From NCBI GenBank assembly GCA_036397995.1, contig DASWHX010000046.1:14763-78762 (forward strand): a DNA stretch of 64,000 nucleotides. Reading direction: 5' to 3'. Below, piece after piece: positions 33,530-46,112 of this stretch (positions are counted from its first letter, which is position 1; every line of letters starts with the position of its first letter). The notes beneath the pieces were generated by a model. That model was not told the origin of the DNA, made no database searches, and saw only the letters and a program-made list of their open reading frames with translations. The translations under genes were made by a program, and so were the position numbers. The DNA comes from Cyclobacteriaceae bacterium. GTDB taxonomy: Bacteria > Bacteroidota > Bacteroidia > Cytophagales > Cyclobacteriaceae.

Positions 33530-34153
33530 ATGAGACACGGGAAGAAATTCAATCATCTAGGCAGGACTTCCTCTCACAGGAAATCAATGCTTTCTAATAT
33601 GGCTTCCTCATTGATTCTAAAGAAAAGAATCAAAACTACAGTAGCCAAGGCAAAAGCATTGCGCCTGTATGTGGAACCCCTTTTGACAAAGGCAAAAAGT
33701 GATACGACACACTCAAGACGAGTTGTATTCAGTTATTTGCAGAATAAATACTCATTACAAGAATTATTTGGCGATATAGCTTCAAGGATTGCTGAACGTC
33801 CGGGGGGATATACACGGATTCTGAAAACTGGAAATCGTTTAGGTGATAATGCTGAAATGTGCATCATTGAACTTGTTGATTACAACGAAGGTCTGCTGAA
33901 AACAGAGAAATCAGCTAAATCGAAGACCAGGAGAGGTCGATCAAAGAAGAAGTACTCAGATTCGGAAGATACAATGACCACAGCTGAAGTTGTTGAGGAA
34001 ACCACTGCCGCAGTCGAAGTGGTTGCAGAAGAAGAAAGTGTCGAAACTAAGAAACCAGAAGCTTCATCAGAAACTCAGGAAGGAACTACTGATGATGAAT
34101 CGAAACAGAACCCGGAAGCAGAAGGGTCTGATGAAAAGAATAAGGAGAATTAA
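33530..34153 (+). CDS. rplQ: 50S ribosomal protein L17 with long basic-then-acidic C-terminal extension
   Basis: The L17 core ([21 protein letters not shown]...GGYTRILK...) occupies residues 1 to approx 117, followed by an approx 90-aa low-complexity tail. Confidence 0.94.
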   Translation: MRHGKKFNHLGRTSSHRKSMLSNMASSLILKKRIKTTVAKAKALRLYVEPLLTKAKSDTTHSRRVVFSYLQNKYSLQELFGDIASRIAERPGGYTRILKTGNRLGDNAEMCIIELVDYNEGLLKTEKSAKSKTRRGRSKKKYSDSEDTMTTAEVVEETTAAVEVVAEEESVETKKPEASSETQEGTTDDESKQNPEAEGSDEKNKEN

Positions 34154-34180
34154 TGCGTAAATTGCAGTTAAATAGAGAAA

Positions 34181-34210
34181 GGGATTAGAGATTTATCTAA
34201 TCCCTTTTTA
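34181..34210 (+). terminator. intrinsic terminator after rplQ
   Basis: GGGATTAGA-GATTTA-TCTAATCCC followed by TTTTT. Confidence 0.8.
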
Positions 34211-34216
34211 TTTTTG
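34209..34216 (+). promoter_or_regulatory. possible -7 box (TATTTTTG) for carA-eno
   Basis: It matches TAnnTTTG 18 nt upstream of the carA ATG and overlaps the terminator T-run. No clear -33 TTTG is present. Confidence 0.25.
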
Positions 34217-34233
34217 GGGCCAAATCCTATCCA

Positions 34234-36620
<2,387 letters not shown>

Positions 36621-36692
36621 TCAGGGAAGTAATAGTAATTCCTTTTTATTTTACTGTTATTAATATTATTTTTAGGATAATTTGAATATGAT

Positions 36693-36986
36693 ATGAGAGT
36701 CAAATTACCTGCCTATCTCAAGAATTTCTACTTTATAATCGCGGTATTCTTTTTGATCTGGATGCTTTTTGTCGATTCAAATGATGTTTTTTCCCAACTT
36801 AAACTCAGAAAAAAGGTAACTACCCTCGAACAAGAAAAGGAATACTACCTGGAGAAAATTGAAGAAGTGAAAAAGGATCGGGAGGAGTTGCTGAGTAACC
36901 AGGAACTTCTTGAAAAATTTGCCCGGGAAAAATATCTGATGAAGAAAAAGACAGAAGATATCTATCTTGTAGTTGAGGAAAAGTAG
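36693..36986 (+). CDS. septum formation initiator family protein (FtsB/DivIC-like)
   Basis: 97 aa with an N-terminal TM helix followed by a coiled coil (LKLRKKVTTLEQEKEYYLEKIEEVKKD). The position after eno is common for ftsB/divIC. Confidence 0.7.
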   Translation: MRVKLPAYLKNFYFIIAVFFLIWMLFVDSNDVFSQLKLRKKVTTLEQEKEYYLEKIEEVKKDREELLSNQELLEKFAREKYLMKKKTEDIYLVVEEK

Positions 36987-36991
36987 AATTA

Positions 36992-37528
36992 ATGAAAAAG
37001 TTTTTGCTGGTACCTTTTATCCTGGTCTCATTCCCGGCTATATGTCAATATGATCAATTGATCGGAAAAGATGTTCCATTAATAGAAAGGTTTTATGTGG
37101 GTGGCGGCTTTGGTCTGGGATTTAGCAGTTTCTCGGATTATGTTGCCGTCTCTCCAAATATTGGATACCGGATTACAGAAAGAGGGTCAATTGGTATTGG
37201 AGTATTGTATCAGTATAGAAACTATAAAGCCTATGATGTAAAGACTGATGATTGGGGCGGCAGTATCTTTACAAGGTATAAAGTTTTTGGCCCGGCTTTC
37301 GCCGCAGCAGAATACGAATATATAAATTTTGAATTCGTAACTGCAACACTAACCACATTTCGTGGTGACTATTCAAGTTTCATGGTAGGTGCAGGAATTG
37401 CTCAACCAATAACACGGAACGTTTCTTTCATCATTTCTGCGATGTACAACCTTACTTACAGGGAAACTGACGGTGGGCCGTATTCCTCACCCTGGAATTT
37501 ACGCGTAGGAATATCTGCAGGTTTTTAA
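36992..37528 (+). CDS. small outer-membrane beta-barrel protein (hypothetical)
   Basis: Signal peptide, alternating aromatic/Gly beta-strand pattern and a C-terminal ...GISAGF ending in Phe. Confidence 0.6.
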   Translation: MKKFLLVPFILVSFPAICQYDQLIGKDVPLIERFYVGGGFGLGFSSFSDYVAVSPNIGYRITERGSIGIGVLYQYRNYKAYDVKTDDWGGSIFTRYKVFGPAFAAAEYEYINFEFVTATLTTFRGDYSSFMVGAGIAQPITRNVSFIISAMYNLTYRETDGGPYSSPWNLRVGISAGF

Positions 37529-38592
37529 AAATCAAGTCCGAATTTTTCCGCCAGTACTTTAAGTGATTCTTCAACCTTAGGATCCAGGTTAATCCCGTTT
37601 TTTAGCCGTTTAATTTCTTCCTCTCGCTCCACATCGCCTGGTATTAATACCCTTTCCTGGCCGTCGATGGTTTGTGCATTTCTGAACCTGCCAATCCATT
37701 TATCCATGTTTTCCTTGAATTCTTTTGCGTCTCTGAATGCATCAATTCTCATTACTCCAAAAAAATGACCTATGCCATCACCAACCAAATCGTTCCTGAC
37801 TGGCAGGAAGCTGACAAACGGCGGCACCCACGGACCATAATTTGCGCCAGATAAAATTGCTGAAAAAATATCTACCAGGGAACCCAGGATATAGCCTTTG
37901 TGGCCGCCTGTTTCTCTGATTCCGCCTAAAGGCAATAATGCGCCGCCATTTTGAACTTCGTTAGGATCCTGAGAGGGGAGGCCTTCTTTTGTCTGCACCC
38001 AACCTATTGGAGCCTTTCCACCCTGTCGCTGCAGTATTTCGAGCTTTCCATTAGCGGCGGTTGTGGTAGCAAAATCAGCAACATATGGAGGTTCTGTACC
38101 GGCGGGAATCGCCACAGAAATTGGATTCGTTCCAAGTAGTCTTTCTTTAGAGAATGTCGGAGCAACGAGTGGGCTTGCATTTGTCATTGAGATTCCAATC
38201 ATGTCATGCTGCAAGGCAAGCATTGAATGGTAGGCGGCAATTCCAAAATGATTTGAATTTCTGACTGCCACCCATCCCGTTCCGACTTTTTTTGCTTTCT
38301 TTATTGCAATCTCCATGGCGAATGGTGACACGACCAAACCAAGTCCTCTATCACCATCAACTACTGCCGTGCCCGGTGTTTCATGAGTTATTCTGATCAC
38401 CGGCTTACTATTGATTCGACCTGCTTCCCATAGTCTAACATATCCGGGAAGCCGGGCAGATCCATGCGAATCTATCCCACGAAGGTCTGCTGAAATCAAA
38501 ACGTCTGCTGCAAGGTTTGCATCAATGGGGCTACATCCCATTTTAAGAAAGACGTTGGTGCAAAATTCTTTAAGGCGGGCAGGTATAACCAT
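37525..38592 (-). CDS. Ldh_2 family (malate/L-lactate/sulfolactate-type) dehydrogenase
   Basis: 355 aa with family-typical ...LRGIDSHGSARLPGYV... and ...NSNHFGIAAYH... motifs. The substrate cannot be inferred. Confidence 0.75.
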   Translation of the reverse strand: MVIPARLKEFCTNVFLKMGCSPIDANLAADVLISADLRGIDSHGSARLPGYVRLWEAGRINSKPVIRITHETPGTAVVDGDRGLGLVVSPFAMEIAIKKAKKVGTGWVAVRNSNHFGIAAYHSMLALQHDMIGISMTNASPLVAPTFSKERLLGTNPISVAIPAGTEPPYVADFATTTAANGKLEILQRQGGKAPIGWVQTKEGLPSQDPNEVQNGGALLPLGGIRETGGHKGYILGSLVDIFSAILSGANYGPWVPPFVSFLPVRNDLVGDGIGHFFGVMRIDAFRDAKEFKENMDKWIGRFRNAQTIDGQERVLIPGDVEREEEIKRLKNGINLDPKVEESLKVLAEKFGLDF

Positions 38593-38600
38593 GTTTGAAA

Positions 38601-39542
38601 TTACACCAGATATTTTTGTGATTTCAAAAATTCTGAAAAAATTCCCTCTTTTAGAGAATAAGAGGAAACCCGAACTCCTTCAAATGAGTTCATCATTATA
38701 ACTGATTGGATTAAAATTGAAGCAACCACAATAAGATCTACCCGCATTTCTATCATCCCTGAAATTTGCAGTCTTTGGGCTCTGTTTTTAGAGATTATTT
38801 CAAGCTGAATATCTTTCATCCCTTCAATGGACAATGGAAGTTCGGTTTGGTCCGGAACAATCGCGATGTCATTTTTTCTCCTGTAAATCTCACTGAGGGT
38901 GTCAAATGTGCCGGAAGATCCTATAAGGATTTTAGGTTTGTAAACATTGAGGGCCTGATACAGAGGAGTAAGCTTTTCAATCAAATATTGTTCAACATTT
39001 CTGATTTCACCGGGAAGAATAGGATCATTTTCCTGAAATTTGTCGCTTAATCTTTGTGCACCTATTTCAAGGCTTTTCTTCCATTTTATTCCAGAGGAGT
39101 TCCCAATAACAAACTCAACACTTCCGCCTCCTATGTCCATTATCAGGCCATCTGCTTCATCCATTTTCAATGCTAATGAAACACCTTCAAAGATATAAGC
39201 CGCTTCCTTTTCACCCGAAATGATCTCAATATCCATTCCCGTTATTCCAGTCAACTGGTCAATTATTTCTGACGAATTTCCGGAACTTCTGAGTGCGGAA
39301 GTAGCCACACATTTTGTACGCTCAACTTTGTACAAGTCAAGGAGATTCTTAATATGAAGAGCGGCAGAAAATGCTCTGTTTGCTGACTCAGGGGTTATAA
39401 CACCTGTATTGATTCCACCCTGGCCAAGAGCAACATGAATTTTTTCTTTATGGATAAATGAATACTCCATCCCCTCCATTTCCGCTACCAGAACATGAAA
39501 AGTATTCGTTCCAAGATCAACTATTCCGACTCTTGTTTTCAT
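38601..39542 (-). CDS. Ppx/GppA family phosphatase
   Basis: ASKHA-fold motifs (VGIVDLGTNTFHVLV, ...MDIGGGSVEF...). At 313 aa it is the short form. Confidence 0.8.
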   Translation of the reverse strand: MKTRVGIVDLGTNTFHVLVAEMEGMEYSFIHKEKIHVALGQGGINTGVITPESANRAFSAALHIKNLLDLYKVERTKCVATSALRSSGNSSEIIDQLTGITGMDIEIISGEKEAAYIFEGVSLALKMDEADGLIMDIGGGSVEFVIGNSSGIKWKKSLEIGAQRLSDKFQENDPILPGEIRNVEQYLIEKLTPLYQALNVYKPKILIGSSGTFDTLSEIYRRKNDIAIVPDQTELPLSIEGMKDIQLEIISKNRAQRLQISGMIEMRVDLIVVASILIQSVIMMNSFEGVRVSSYSLKEGIFSEFLKSQKYLV

Positions 39543-39672
39543 AAAAAATTTGACGCGAATATAGTGTGAAGTTGAGATTCCGTCAATTCAAGTCCTTTAT
39601 TTAATCATTATGGAATTGCAGGGCTAAATTCTCCAAAGTTTCTTAATTTGGCTTTCTACATTACAAAATCAT

Positions 39673-41256
39673 ATGGCAAAGAAAACCTCCAAATCGAAGT
39701 CTAAATGGGTAACATCCAAAGAGAAGTTCGCCTTGCTTGAAAGGAAAAACAAGCAGGCTTTGCTTGGCGGAGGTGAAGACAGGATTATTGCTCAACACAA
39801 CAAGAACAAATTAACTGCCAGGGAGAGAATTGAATTACTGATTGATAACGGAACTTTTAATGAAATTGGAAAATTTGTCAAACATCGATCGAAAGATTTT
39901 GGACTTGATAAAGTACAGGTATTGGGTGATGGGGTTATTACCGGCTATGGATTGGTGAATGGAAGATCTGTCTACGTATTCTCGCAGGATTTTACAATTT
40001 TGGGAGGTTCGTTATCAGAAACTCATGCGGAGAAGATTGTTAAACTGATGGATCTTGCACTAAAAAATGGAATTCCCTTAATTGGGTTAAATGATTCAGG
40101 AGGCGCGAGAATTCAGGAAGGGGTAGTATCTCTGGGGGGCTATGCTGATATTTTCTACCGGAACACGCTGGCCAGCGGCGTGATACCACAGATATCTGCG
40201 GTTATGGGCCCATGCGCCGGTGGTGCCGTTTATAGTCCTGCAATCACAGATTTTATTTTAATGGTTGAGCACACCTCTTATATGTTTGTGACAGGACCAA
40301 ACGTTGTAAAGTCTGTTACACAAGAAGAAGTTTCTGCTGAAGAATTAGGTGGTACTTCTACGCACAGCACCAAAAGTGGTGTAACTCATTTTTCCTGTGC
40401 CAATGAGGTGGAATGTATTCAACAAATAAAGCAGTTGCTTAGCTATATGCCCCAAAACTGTGAAGAACAACCTCCCCTGTTTGAATATGACCCTTCTGAA
40501 GAATTACGGCCTGATTTGGACACAATAATTCCTGACAATCCAAATCAACCATATGATATCCGTGAAGTAATTGATCAAATCATTGATGGAAATACATTCC
40601 TGGAAGTGCACGAAAATTTTGCTGAAAATATAGTAGTGGGGTTTGCCAGACTGGCTGGTCGAAGTATTGGCATTGTGGGAAATCAGCCTTCAGTACTTGC
40701 GGGTGTATTGGATATCAACTCCAGCATCAAAGGCGCAAGGTTTGTGAGATTTTGTGACAGCTTCAATATTCCCTTGCTGGTATTGGTTGACGTACCAGGG
40801 TTTTTACCAGGAACTGACCAGGAGTGGAATGGTATTATTACTAATGGCTCAAAATTGCTTTACGCATTCAGTGAAGCTACCGTTCCACGTATAACTGTCA
40901 TTGTCAGGAAGGCATACGGCGGAGCATACGATGTGATGAATTCAAAGCATATTGGAGCCGACCTTAATTATGCCTGGCCAAGTGCAGAGATTGCCGTTAT
41001 GGGTGCCAAAGGTGCAGCCGAGATTATCTTTAGAAAGGAAATTCAATCTTCTAAAGATCCTCAGAAAAAGCTGGACGAGAAAATAGATGAATACACCAAA
41101 AAATTTGCTCATCCTTATATTGCCGCCGCCAGGGGATTTATTGATGAAGTAATTTACCCCAGGGAAACAAGAGAAAAGTTAATTGGAGCTTTCAAAATGC
41201 TGGAAAATAAGGTGGATAAGATTCCAAGTAAAAAGCACGGTAATATCCCCTTGTAG
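39673..41256 (+). CDS. acyl-CoA carboxylase carboxyltransferase subunit (propionyl-CoA carboxylase beta / methylmalonyl-CoA carboxyltransferase-like)
   Basis: 527 aa with typical ...[11 protein letters not shown]..., ...SGGARIQEG... and ...[11 protein letters not shown]... motifs. Confidence 0.88.
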   Translation: MAKKTSKSKSKWVTSKEKFALLERKNKQALLGGGEDRIIAQHNKNKLTARERIELLIDNGTFNEIGKFVKHRSKDFGLDKVQVLGDGVITGYGLVNGRSVYVFSQDFTILGGSLSETHAEKIVKLMDLALKNGIPLIGLNDSGGARIQEGVVSLGGYADIFYRNTLASGVIPQISAVMGPCAGGAVYSPAITDFILMVEHTSYMFVTGPNVVKSVTQEEVSAEELGGTSTHSTKSGVTHFSCANEVECIQQIKQLLSYMPQNCEEQPPLFEYDPSEELRPDLDTIIPDNPNQPYDIREVIDQIIDGNTFLEVHENFAENIVVGFARLAGRSIGIVGNQPSVLAGVLDINSSIKGARFVRFCDSFNIPLLVLVDVPGFLPGTDQEWNGIITNGSKLLYAFSEATVPRITVIVRKAYGGAYDVMNSKHIGADLNYAWPSAEIAVMGAKGAAEIIFRKEIQSSKDPQKKLDEKIDEYTKKFAHPYIAAARGFIDEVIYPRETREKLIGAFKMLENKVDKIPSKKHGNIPL

Positions 41257-41260
41257 TTTT

Positions 41261-41962
41261 ATGAACGAGAAAGTTATTATAGTAACAGCAGCCAGCAAAG
41301 GAATCGGCCGGGCTTGTGCAATTAAATTGGCTGAACAAGGTTGTAAACTTTCGCTGATGTCTCGATCGGAGGAAATTTCGGAAGTTCTTCCAGGAAAAGA
41401 TTTTCAGGCAACTATTGGTGATGTAGGAAAATTGGAGGACCTTGAAAAACTGGTAGCTCATACGATGTCAAAATTTGGCAGGGTAGACGGTGTGGTTAAC
41501 AACACCGGACATACAGCCAAGGGAGATTTAATTTCTATATCTGATCAGGAATGGCAGCAGGCTTTTGAGATTGCATTTCTCAACACGGTAAGAATGGCAC
41601 GACTTGTGACTCCGCTTATTCAGAGGCAGGGTACAGGTTCAATAGTAAATATTTCAAGTTTTGCAGCTAAAGAACCATCCTTGCTATTTCCCACTTCTTC
41701 AGTAATCAGGGCTGCTTTGAGCAATTATGCTAAACTGTACGCTACCCGGTTTGGACATAGGAAAATCCGGATGAATAACGTCCTTCCAGGCTATGTGGAC
41801 TCGTATCCCCTGGATAAAGAAACAATAAAAACAATCCCAATGGGAAGGCCGGCCAAGACCGAGGAAATAGCTAATTTAGTCGCATTTTTAATATCAGATG
41901 AATCATCTTATATCAATGGTCAATCAGTTGTTATTGATGGCGGACTAAATAAATCCTTTTAA
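41261..41962 (+). CDS. short-chain dehydrogenase/reductase (SDR)
   Basis: The TAASKGIG cofactor motif follows the internal ATG at 41261. The upstream part of the ORF overlaps the carboxyltransferase gene in another frame. Confidence 0.8.
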   Translation: MNEKVIIVTAASKGIGRACAIKLAEQGCKLSLMSRSEEISEVLPGKDFQATIGDVGKLEDLEKLVAHTMSKFGRVDGVVNNTGHTAKGDLISISDQEWQQAFEIAFLNTVRMARLVTPLIQRQGTGSIVNISSFAAKEPSLLFPTSSVIRAALSNYAKLYATRFGHRKIRMNNVLPGYVDSYPLDKETIKTIPMGRPAKTEEIANLVAFLISDESSYINGQSVVIDGGLNKSF

Positions 41963-41964
41963 TT

Positions 41965-43044
41965 ATGGACAAGAAGAGCGAAAAGTTTTTATATCAATAT
42001 CTTAACAATGCATCGCCAACCGGCTTTGAGTCTTCCGGTCAGCAAATTTGGCTGGATTACATAAAGTCTTATGTTAACAAATATTTTACAGATACATATG
42101 GTACAGCAGTGGGAGTAATCAACCCCGATGCAAAATATAAGGTGGTTATTGAAGCCCACGCGGATGAGATTTCCTGGTTTGTAAATTACATTACTAAGGA
42201 AGGTTACATTTATGTAATAAGAAATGGAGGTTCAGATCACATTATTGCACCATCCAAGAGGGTAAATATTCACACTGATAAAGGAATCGTTAAAGGAGTT
42301 TTTGGATGGCCGGCTATTCACGTTCGGGATAAAGATTCAGAAAAAGCACCTGCCCTTGATAATATCTTCATAGACGTAGGATGCCATTCAAAGAAAGAGG
42401 TAGAACAACTTGGAGTTCATGTTGGATGCGTTATAACCTTTGAAGATGAACTCACAACCCTTAATAAACGATACCTTGTGGGCCGGGCTCTGGATAACAG
42501 GATCGGCGGGTTCATGATTGCCGAGGTTGCAAGAAGGCTGAAGGAAAAGAAAAAGAAACTTCCGTTTGGGCTGTATGTAGTTAATTCGGTTCAGGAAGAA
42601 ATCGGCTTGAGAGGTGCGCAAATGATTGCTCAAAAAATTAGTCCCGACCTTGCCATCATAACGGATGTTTGTCATGACACGCAGTCACCCATGTATAATA
42701 AAATAAAGAGCGGAGATCAAAAATCAGGTGATGGGCCGGTTTTAACTTACGGACCTGCTGTGCAAAACAACGTGTTGAAATTCATTATAGAGGTTGCAAA
42801 GAAAAACAAGATTCCATTTCAACGACAAGCGGTGTCCCGGTCAACAGGTACGGATACCGACTCTTTTGCTTATTCAAATGAAGGTGTAGCATCGGCGCTG
42901 ATTTCTCTTCCTCTTAAATATATGCACACAACAGTGGAAACCGTGCATTTTGCTGACATTGAGAACGTAATTAAGCTTATTTTTGAAACTGTGTTGAGTG
43001 TTAAACCAGGTCAGAATTTTAAATACCTAAATAAGGCTACCTGA
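41965..43044 (+). CDS. M42 family metallopeptidase (glutamyl aminopeptidase / FrvX-like)
   Basis: The ...EAHADEISW..., ...GRALDNRIGG... and ...QEEIGLRGA... motifs. Confidence 0.85.
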   Translation: MDKKSEKFLYQYLNNASPTGFESSGQQIWLDYIKSYVNKYFTDTYGTAVGVINPDAKYKVVIEAHADEISWFVNYITKEGYIYVIRNGGSDHIIAPSKRVNIHTDKGIVKGVFGWPAIHVRDKDSEKAPALDNIFIDVGCHSKKEVEQLGVHVGCVITFEDELTTLNKRYLVGRALDNRIGGFMIAEVARRLKEKKKKLPFGLYVVNSVQEEIGLRGAQMIAQKISPDLAIITDVCHDTQSPMYNKIKSGDQKSGDGPVLTYGPAVQNNVLKFIIEVAKKNKIPFQRQAVSRSTGTDTDSFAYSNEGVASALISLPLKYMHTTVETVHFADIENVIKLIFETVLSVKPGQNFKYLNKAT

Positions 43045-46000
43045 TAATAAGTATCTTCTTTGATCGAAAAACTCCGTCTCCTGTTAAAGTAACAATATAT
43101 AAATTGCTAATCAAAGTTGGAAGTTCAATTCGGATTTCGGGATCATTGAATTGCTTAGTGTAAACCTCACGGCCTGTTTGATCAACTATTTTCATGGCTA
43201 AATTCCTTCCATTGAAATTTTCAAGGATTAAAGAATAAATACTTTCACTTTTTATAATATGAAAATCAAACTTACCGGAATTAGACAGGAATAAAACATT
43301 GGAGAATTTCTGTTTATTTCCATCGGAAATTCCAAGTATCCTGAAATAAGCCTGGCCTGGAACCTCGTCAAGATGCATATAGCTGTAAGACGATTTACCA
43401 TTGACAGGGGTAACCTCTGCAAAGGTCTGAAACTCGCTCCCATTTAAACTTTTTTGAATTTCATACGCAATATAAATGCTCGTCGGATTAGTTTTCCAGT
43501 CTAAGGATATCTGGCTGCCAAGCTTATTGGTAGAAAGTTCAATTTCATTAACAGGAAGGCCGGTAATACCTGTTGCCTTCCCAAACGTGAAAGTGCTGAA
43601 CGAAGTTACATTTGCGGTTATGCCACCTTCTCCTCCTGCACCTATGCTGCTGCCGGGAGTAATACTTCCACCAATATTTTGCCAGGGTCCGGTTCCAGAG
43701 TATTTTGATATAATTAGATCAGATGACAAGACATCAATGTCACTTTGGTTGGCATCTTTCCAAAAAAAAGTAACATCGCCCGTCGCCGTACCGCTCAGCC
43801 GGTTTAAGGTCCAATACTCCAGACTGCTCACATGATTAATTGCAGCATCAAGATTTGCCATGTCGACAGGTTCCTGATAATGGTAAGAAGCTGCAAATAA
43901 GTTTGAGGAAGTTCCTCCGGTCAGGATAGAAATGGAAACAGGTGCCCAGATTCCCGCATCTCCGGTGGGAAAGGTGAAGTCTCCCGGGATATTTCCTCTT
44001 TTGGCAACGGTTCCTTCAATAAAGCTGCCATTATTGCCTGTGGAAGAATTTGCGCCATTTTCAATTGTAACATCAAATGAATTGGTTTCAATAATGCCAT
44101 TCACTAAAGACAGAAAATCTAAAATCTGTAGCCTAAACCCAAGTGAAGCCGTGCCTCCTGATTTGTTTATTTCCAAATTTCGAAAAGAAGGGATATTTGA
44201 AGTCCCATCAAGACGAACAAAGTTTTGATTTGTGGATCCATCCAGAATAGTTGTTCCCGATAACTCGCTAAATCCGAAGGCTGGACTTGAAGAATTTGTA
44301 TTTATGATAATATCTCCAGCAATTGTACAATCACTGTTATAACACGGCTGCAGAAAACCTGTATTGGATTTAATAAGCGTTAAGTTACCATTAAAGTCAT
44401 CTGGTTTACCTGGGTCGTATGCCAATCTTAGGCGAGCTGTTCCGGCATTCTCAAAAGTTACATTTGAGTTAAACGTATTTGCACCCGGGCAGTAACTATT
44501 TATTGTACCGGTTGTTTTGAAAGAGGAAGAATTATTAAAAGAATTTCCTTCCAGGAGGAGGATGGGTGTTTCCACAATTACCGGAGCATTCCAAATGGTG
44601 TTAATAAAATTTAGCGTTGAGGAACCGGTAAGGGAAAGATTATAGGTTGAAGCAGATCCAAATTGAGATACATTTCTGAGACGCAGAGTGCCTGTCTCGA
44701 ATCCGGTTGATCCAATATTGACAATTGCGCCAGGGTTTAATGTTACACTTCCTGCGTTGCCAAGATAAACCCCCGCGCCACTGGTACAATTAACAGATAT
44801 GCTATTATTAAAGGTGGAACTGGATGAGGAAAATTCCGAGAAGCGTATATATCCCCCTCCGCCCGTACTCTCCTGATTTACTATAACCGGGCCATTAAAA
44901 ACATTGCCGGAACTATAGCCGCTCATGAAGATCCTGGATAAGGAACCGTAATTATTTAAAGTTACCTGACCATTATAAACATCTGGCGGAGTAGCCGCGT
45001 TAGCACCGAAAAGGATAAAGTAATTGCTTGAATTGGTAATACTTAGATCACCATCATATTGGTTGCCTCCTAAGCTGGCGTCATCAAGATCTCCGGTCTT
45101 CTCCACAGATAAAGAGTTACGGAACCTGCTAAATGAAGTAAAGAATCTTGGTGATTCAATTTGAATAGGACGATTAAATATGCACGATTTTATGTTAAGC
45201 GTAGCTCCATCTGTCAGTATCAAATCCATTAAGTCTGTATTGAAATCCTGAATGCTTTGAAGAGTTAAAGTGCCTCCAGTGAAATTGGAAATTTTGATAT
45301 TGGCTCCGGGATTGAAATTTATTTGGGAAGTGGCATTTCCGAAATGAATATTTCCCACTGCGTTATCAATACTTATAGTAGAACTAAAATTGGAAGTACC
45401 GCTATAACCTAGCCAGAGAGTGCCGGTACCATAATTATTAAGGTCAATTAAATCTTCAAAAGTATCTCCCGACAGATTTCCCATGATCAGATTGCCGGCG
45501 CCGGAAATTTCCAGCACAGAATTAGTGTAAAAAATGTTGTCACCTGCCGAATAATTATCTGCATTTCCCGATTTGCTGAAATAAACCGATTCAATAAATT
45601 CATTTCCACTTAAATAAACATCGGAACTCAATGAGTAAGTAATAACTTCTAAGCTTGTATTTTCAAATCTGGTTGTTCCTGAATTGAAAATAATTAGGAA
45701 GGGAGCGCCAATGGAAGAAAATATTGATCCTGAGGTAATTTCTACTTCACCGAAAATAGAAACATCATTGCCATCAAGGTCTATGGTTCCTGTGAAGTCT
45801 GTTATATACAATCCTGCCAGTGAAATGGATGCTGACAACTTCGCGTCATAATTTGAACTGGAGGCGGAAAAGTAAACTACATCCGTTGATAATGGTGTCC
45901 CCGGGGGAGTCCAATTTACCGGATTATTCCAATCTCCATCCAATGATGAATTTATCCAGGTTTTAGTTTGGGCATTAGAGTACTGGCAGGCGCAAAACAG

Positions 46001-46045
46001 ATCAAAAATCAGTAAAAAGGAAAATATACTATTCCAACAATTCAT
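43037..46045 (-). CDS. large secreted repeat protein with T9SS (Por) C-terminal sorting domain
   Basis: Signal peptide, then an N-terminal W..NW..PG.P...D.V.F motif. About 800 aa of G/N/S/T-rich beta-helix-like repeats follow. The C-terminal approx 80 aa (...YSLILENFNGRNLAMKIVDQTGREVY...LYIVTLTGDGVFRSKKILIIR) are typical of T9SS CTDs. Confidence 0.8.
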   Translation of the reverse strand: MNCWNSIFSFLLIFDLFCACQYSNAQTKTWINSSLDGDWNNPVNWTPPGTPLSTDVVYFSASSSNYDAKLSASISLAGLYITDFTGTIDLDGNDVSIFGEVEITSGSIFSSIGAPFLIIFNSGTTRFENTSLEVITYSLSSDVYLSGNEFIESVYFSKSGNADNYSAGDNIFYTNSVLEISGAGNLIMGNLSGDTFEDLIDLNNYGTGTLWLGYSGTSNFSSTISIDNAVGNIHFGNATSQINFNPGANIKISNFTGGTLTLQSIQDFNTDLMDLILTDGATLNIKSCIFNRPIQIESPRFFTSFSRFRNSLSVEKTGDLDDASLGGNQYDGDLSITNSSNYFILFGANAATPPDVYNGQVTLNNYGSLSRIFMSGYSSGNVFNGPVIVNQESTGGGGYIRFSEFSSSSSTFNNSISVNCTSGAGVYLGNAGSVTLNPGAIVNIGSTGFETGTLRLRNVSQFGSASTYNLSLTGSSTLNFINTIWNAPVIVETPILLLEGNSFNNSSSFKTTGTINSYCPGANTFNSNVTFENAGTARLRLAYDPGKPDDFNGNLTLIKSNTGFLQPCYNSDCTIAGDIIINTNSSSPAFGFSELSGTTILDGSTNQNFVRLDGTSNIPSFRNLEINKSGGTASLGFRLQILDFLSLVNGIIETNSFDVTIENGANSSTGNNGSFIEGTVAKRGNIPGDFTFPTGDAGIWAPVSISILTGGTSSNLFAASYHYQEPVDMANLDAAINHVSSLEYWTLNRLSGTATGDVTFFWKDANQSDIDVLSSDLIISKYSGTGPWQNIGGSITPGSSIGAGGEGGITANVTSFSTFTFGKATGITGLPVNEIELSTNKLGSQISLDWKTNPTSIYIAYEIQKSLNGSEFQTFAEVTPVNGKSSYSYMHLDEVPGQAYFRILGISDGNKQKFSNVLFLSNSGKFDFHIIKSESIYSLILENFNGRNLAMKIVDQTGREVYTKQFNDPEIRIELPTLISNLYIVTLTGDGVFRSKKILIIR

Positions 46046-46112
46046 AGTTTAAATATATATTAATTAATACATGAATAGTATAAAAAGATAGGTAAAAAAT
46101 TACACCTGTTAT

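Noticed and set aside
43476-44228. Plus-strand ORFs of 119 aa and 98 aa inside the T9SS protein gene.
   Set aside because: They are antisense to a 1002-aa ORF that has a clear signal peptide and CTD. Their Pro/Ser/Val-rich translations mirror the Gly/Asn/Thr repeat codons.
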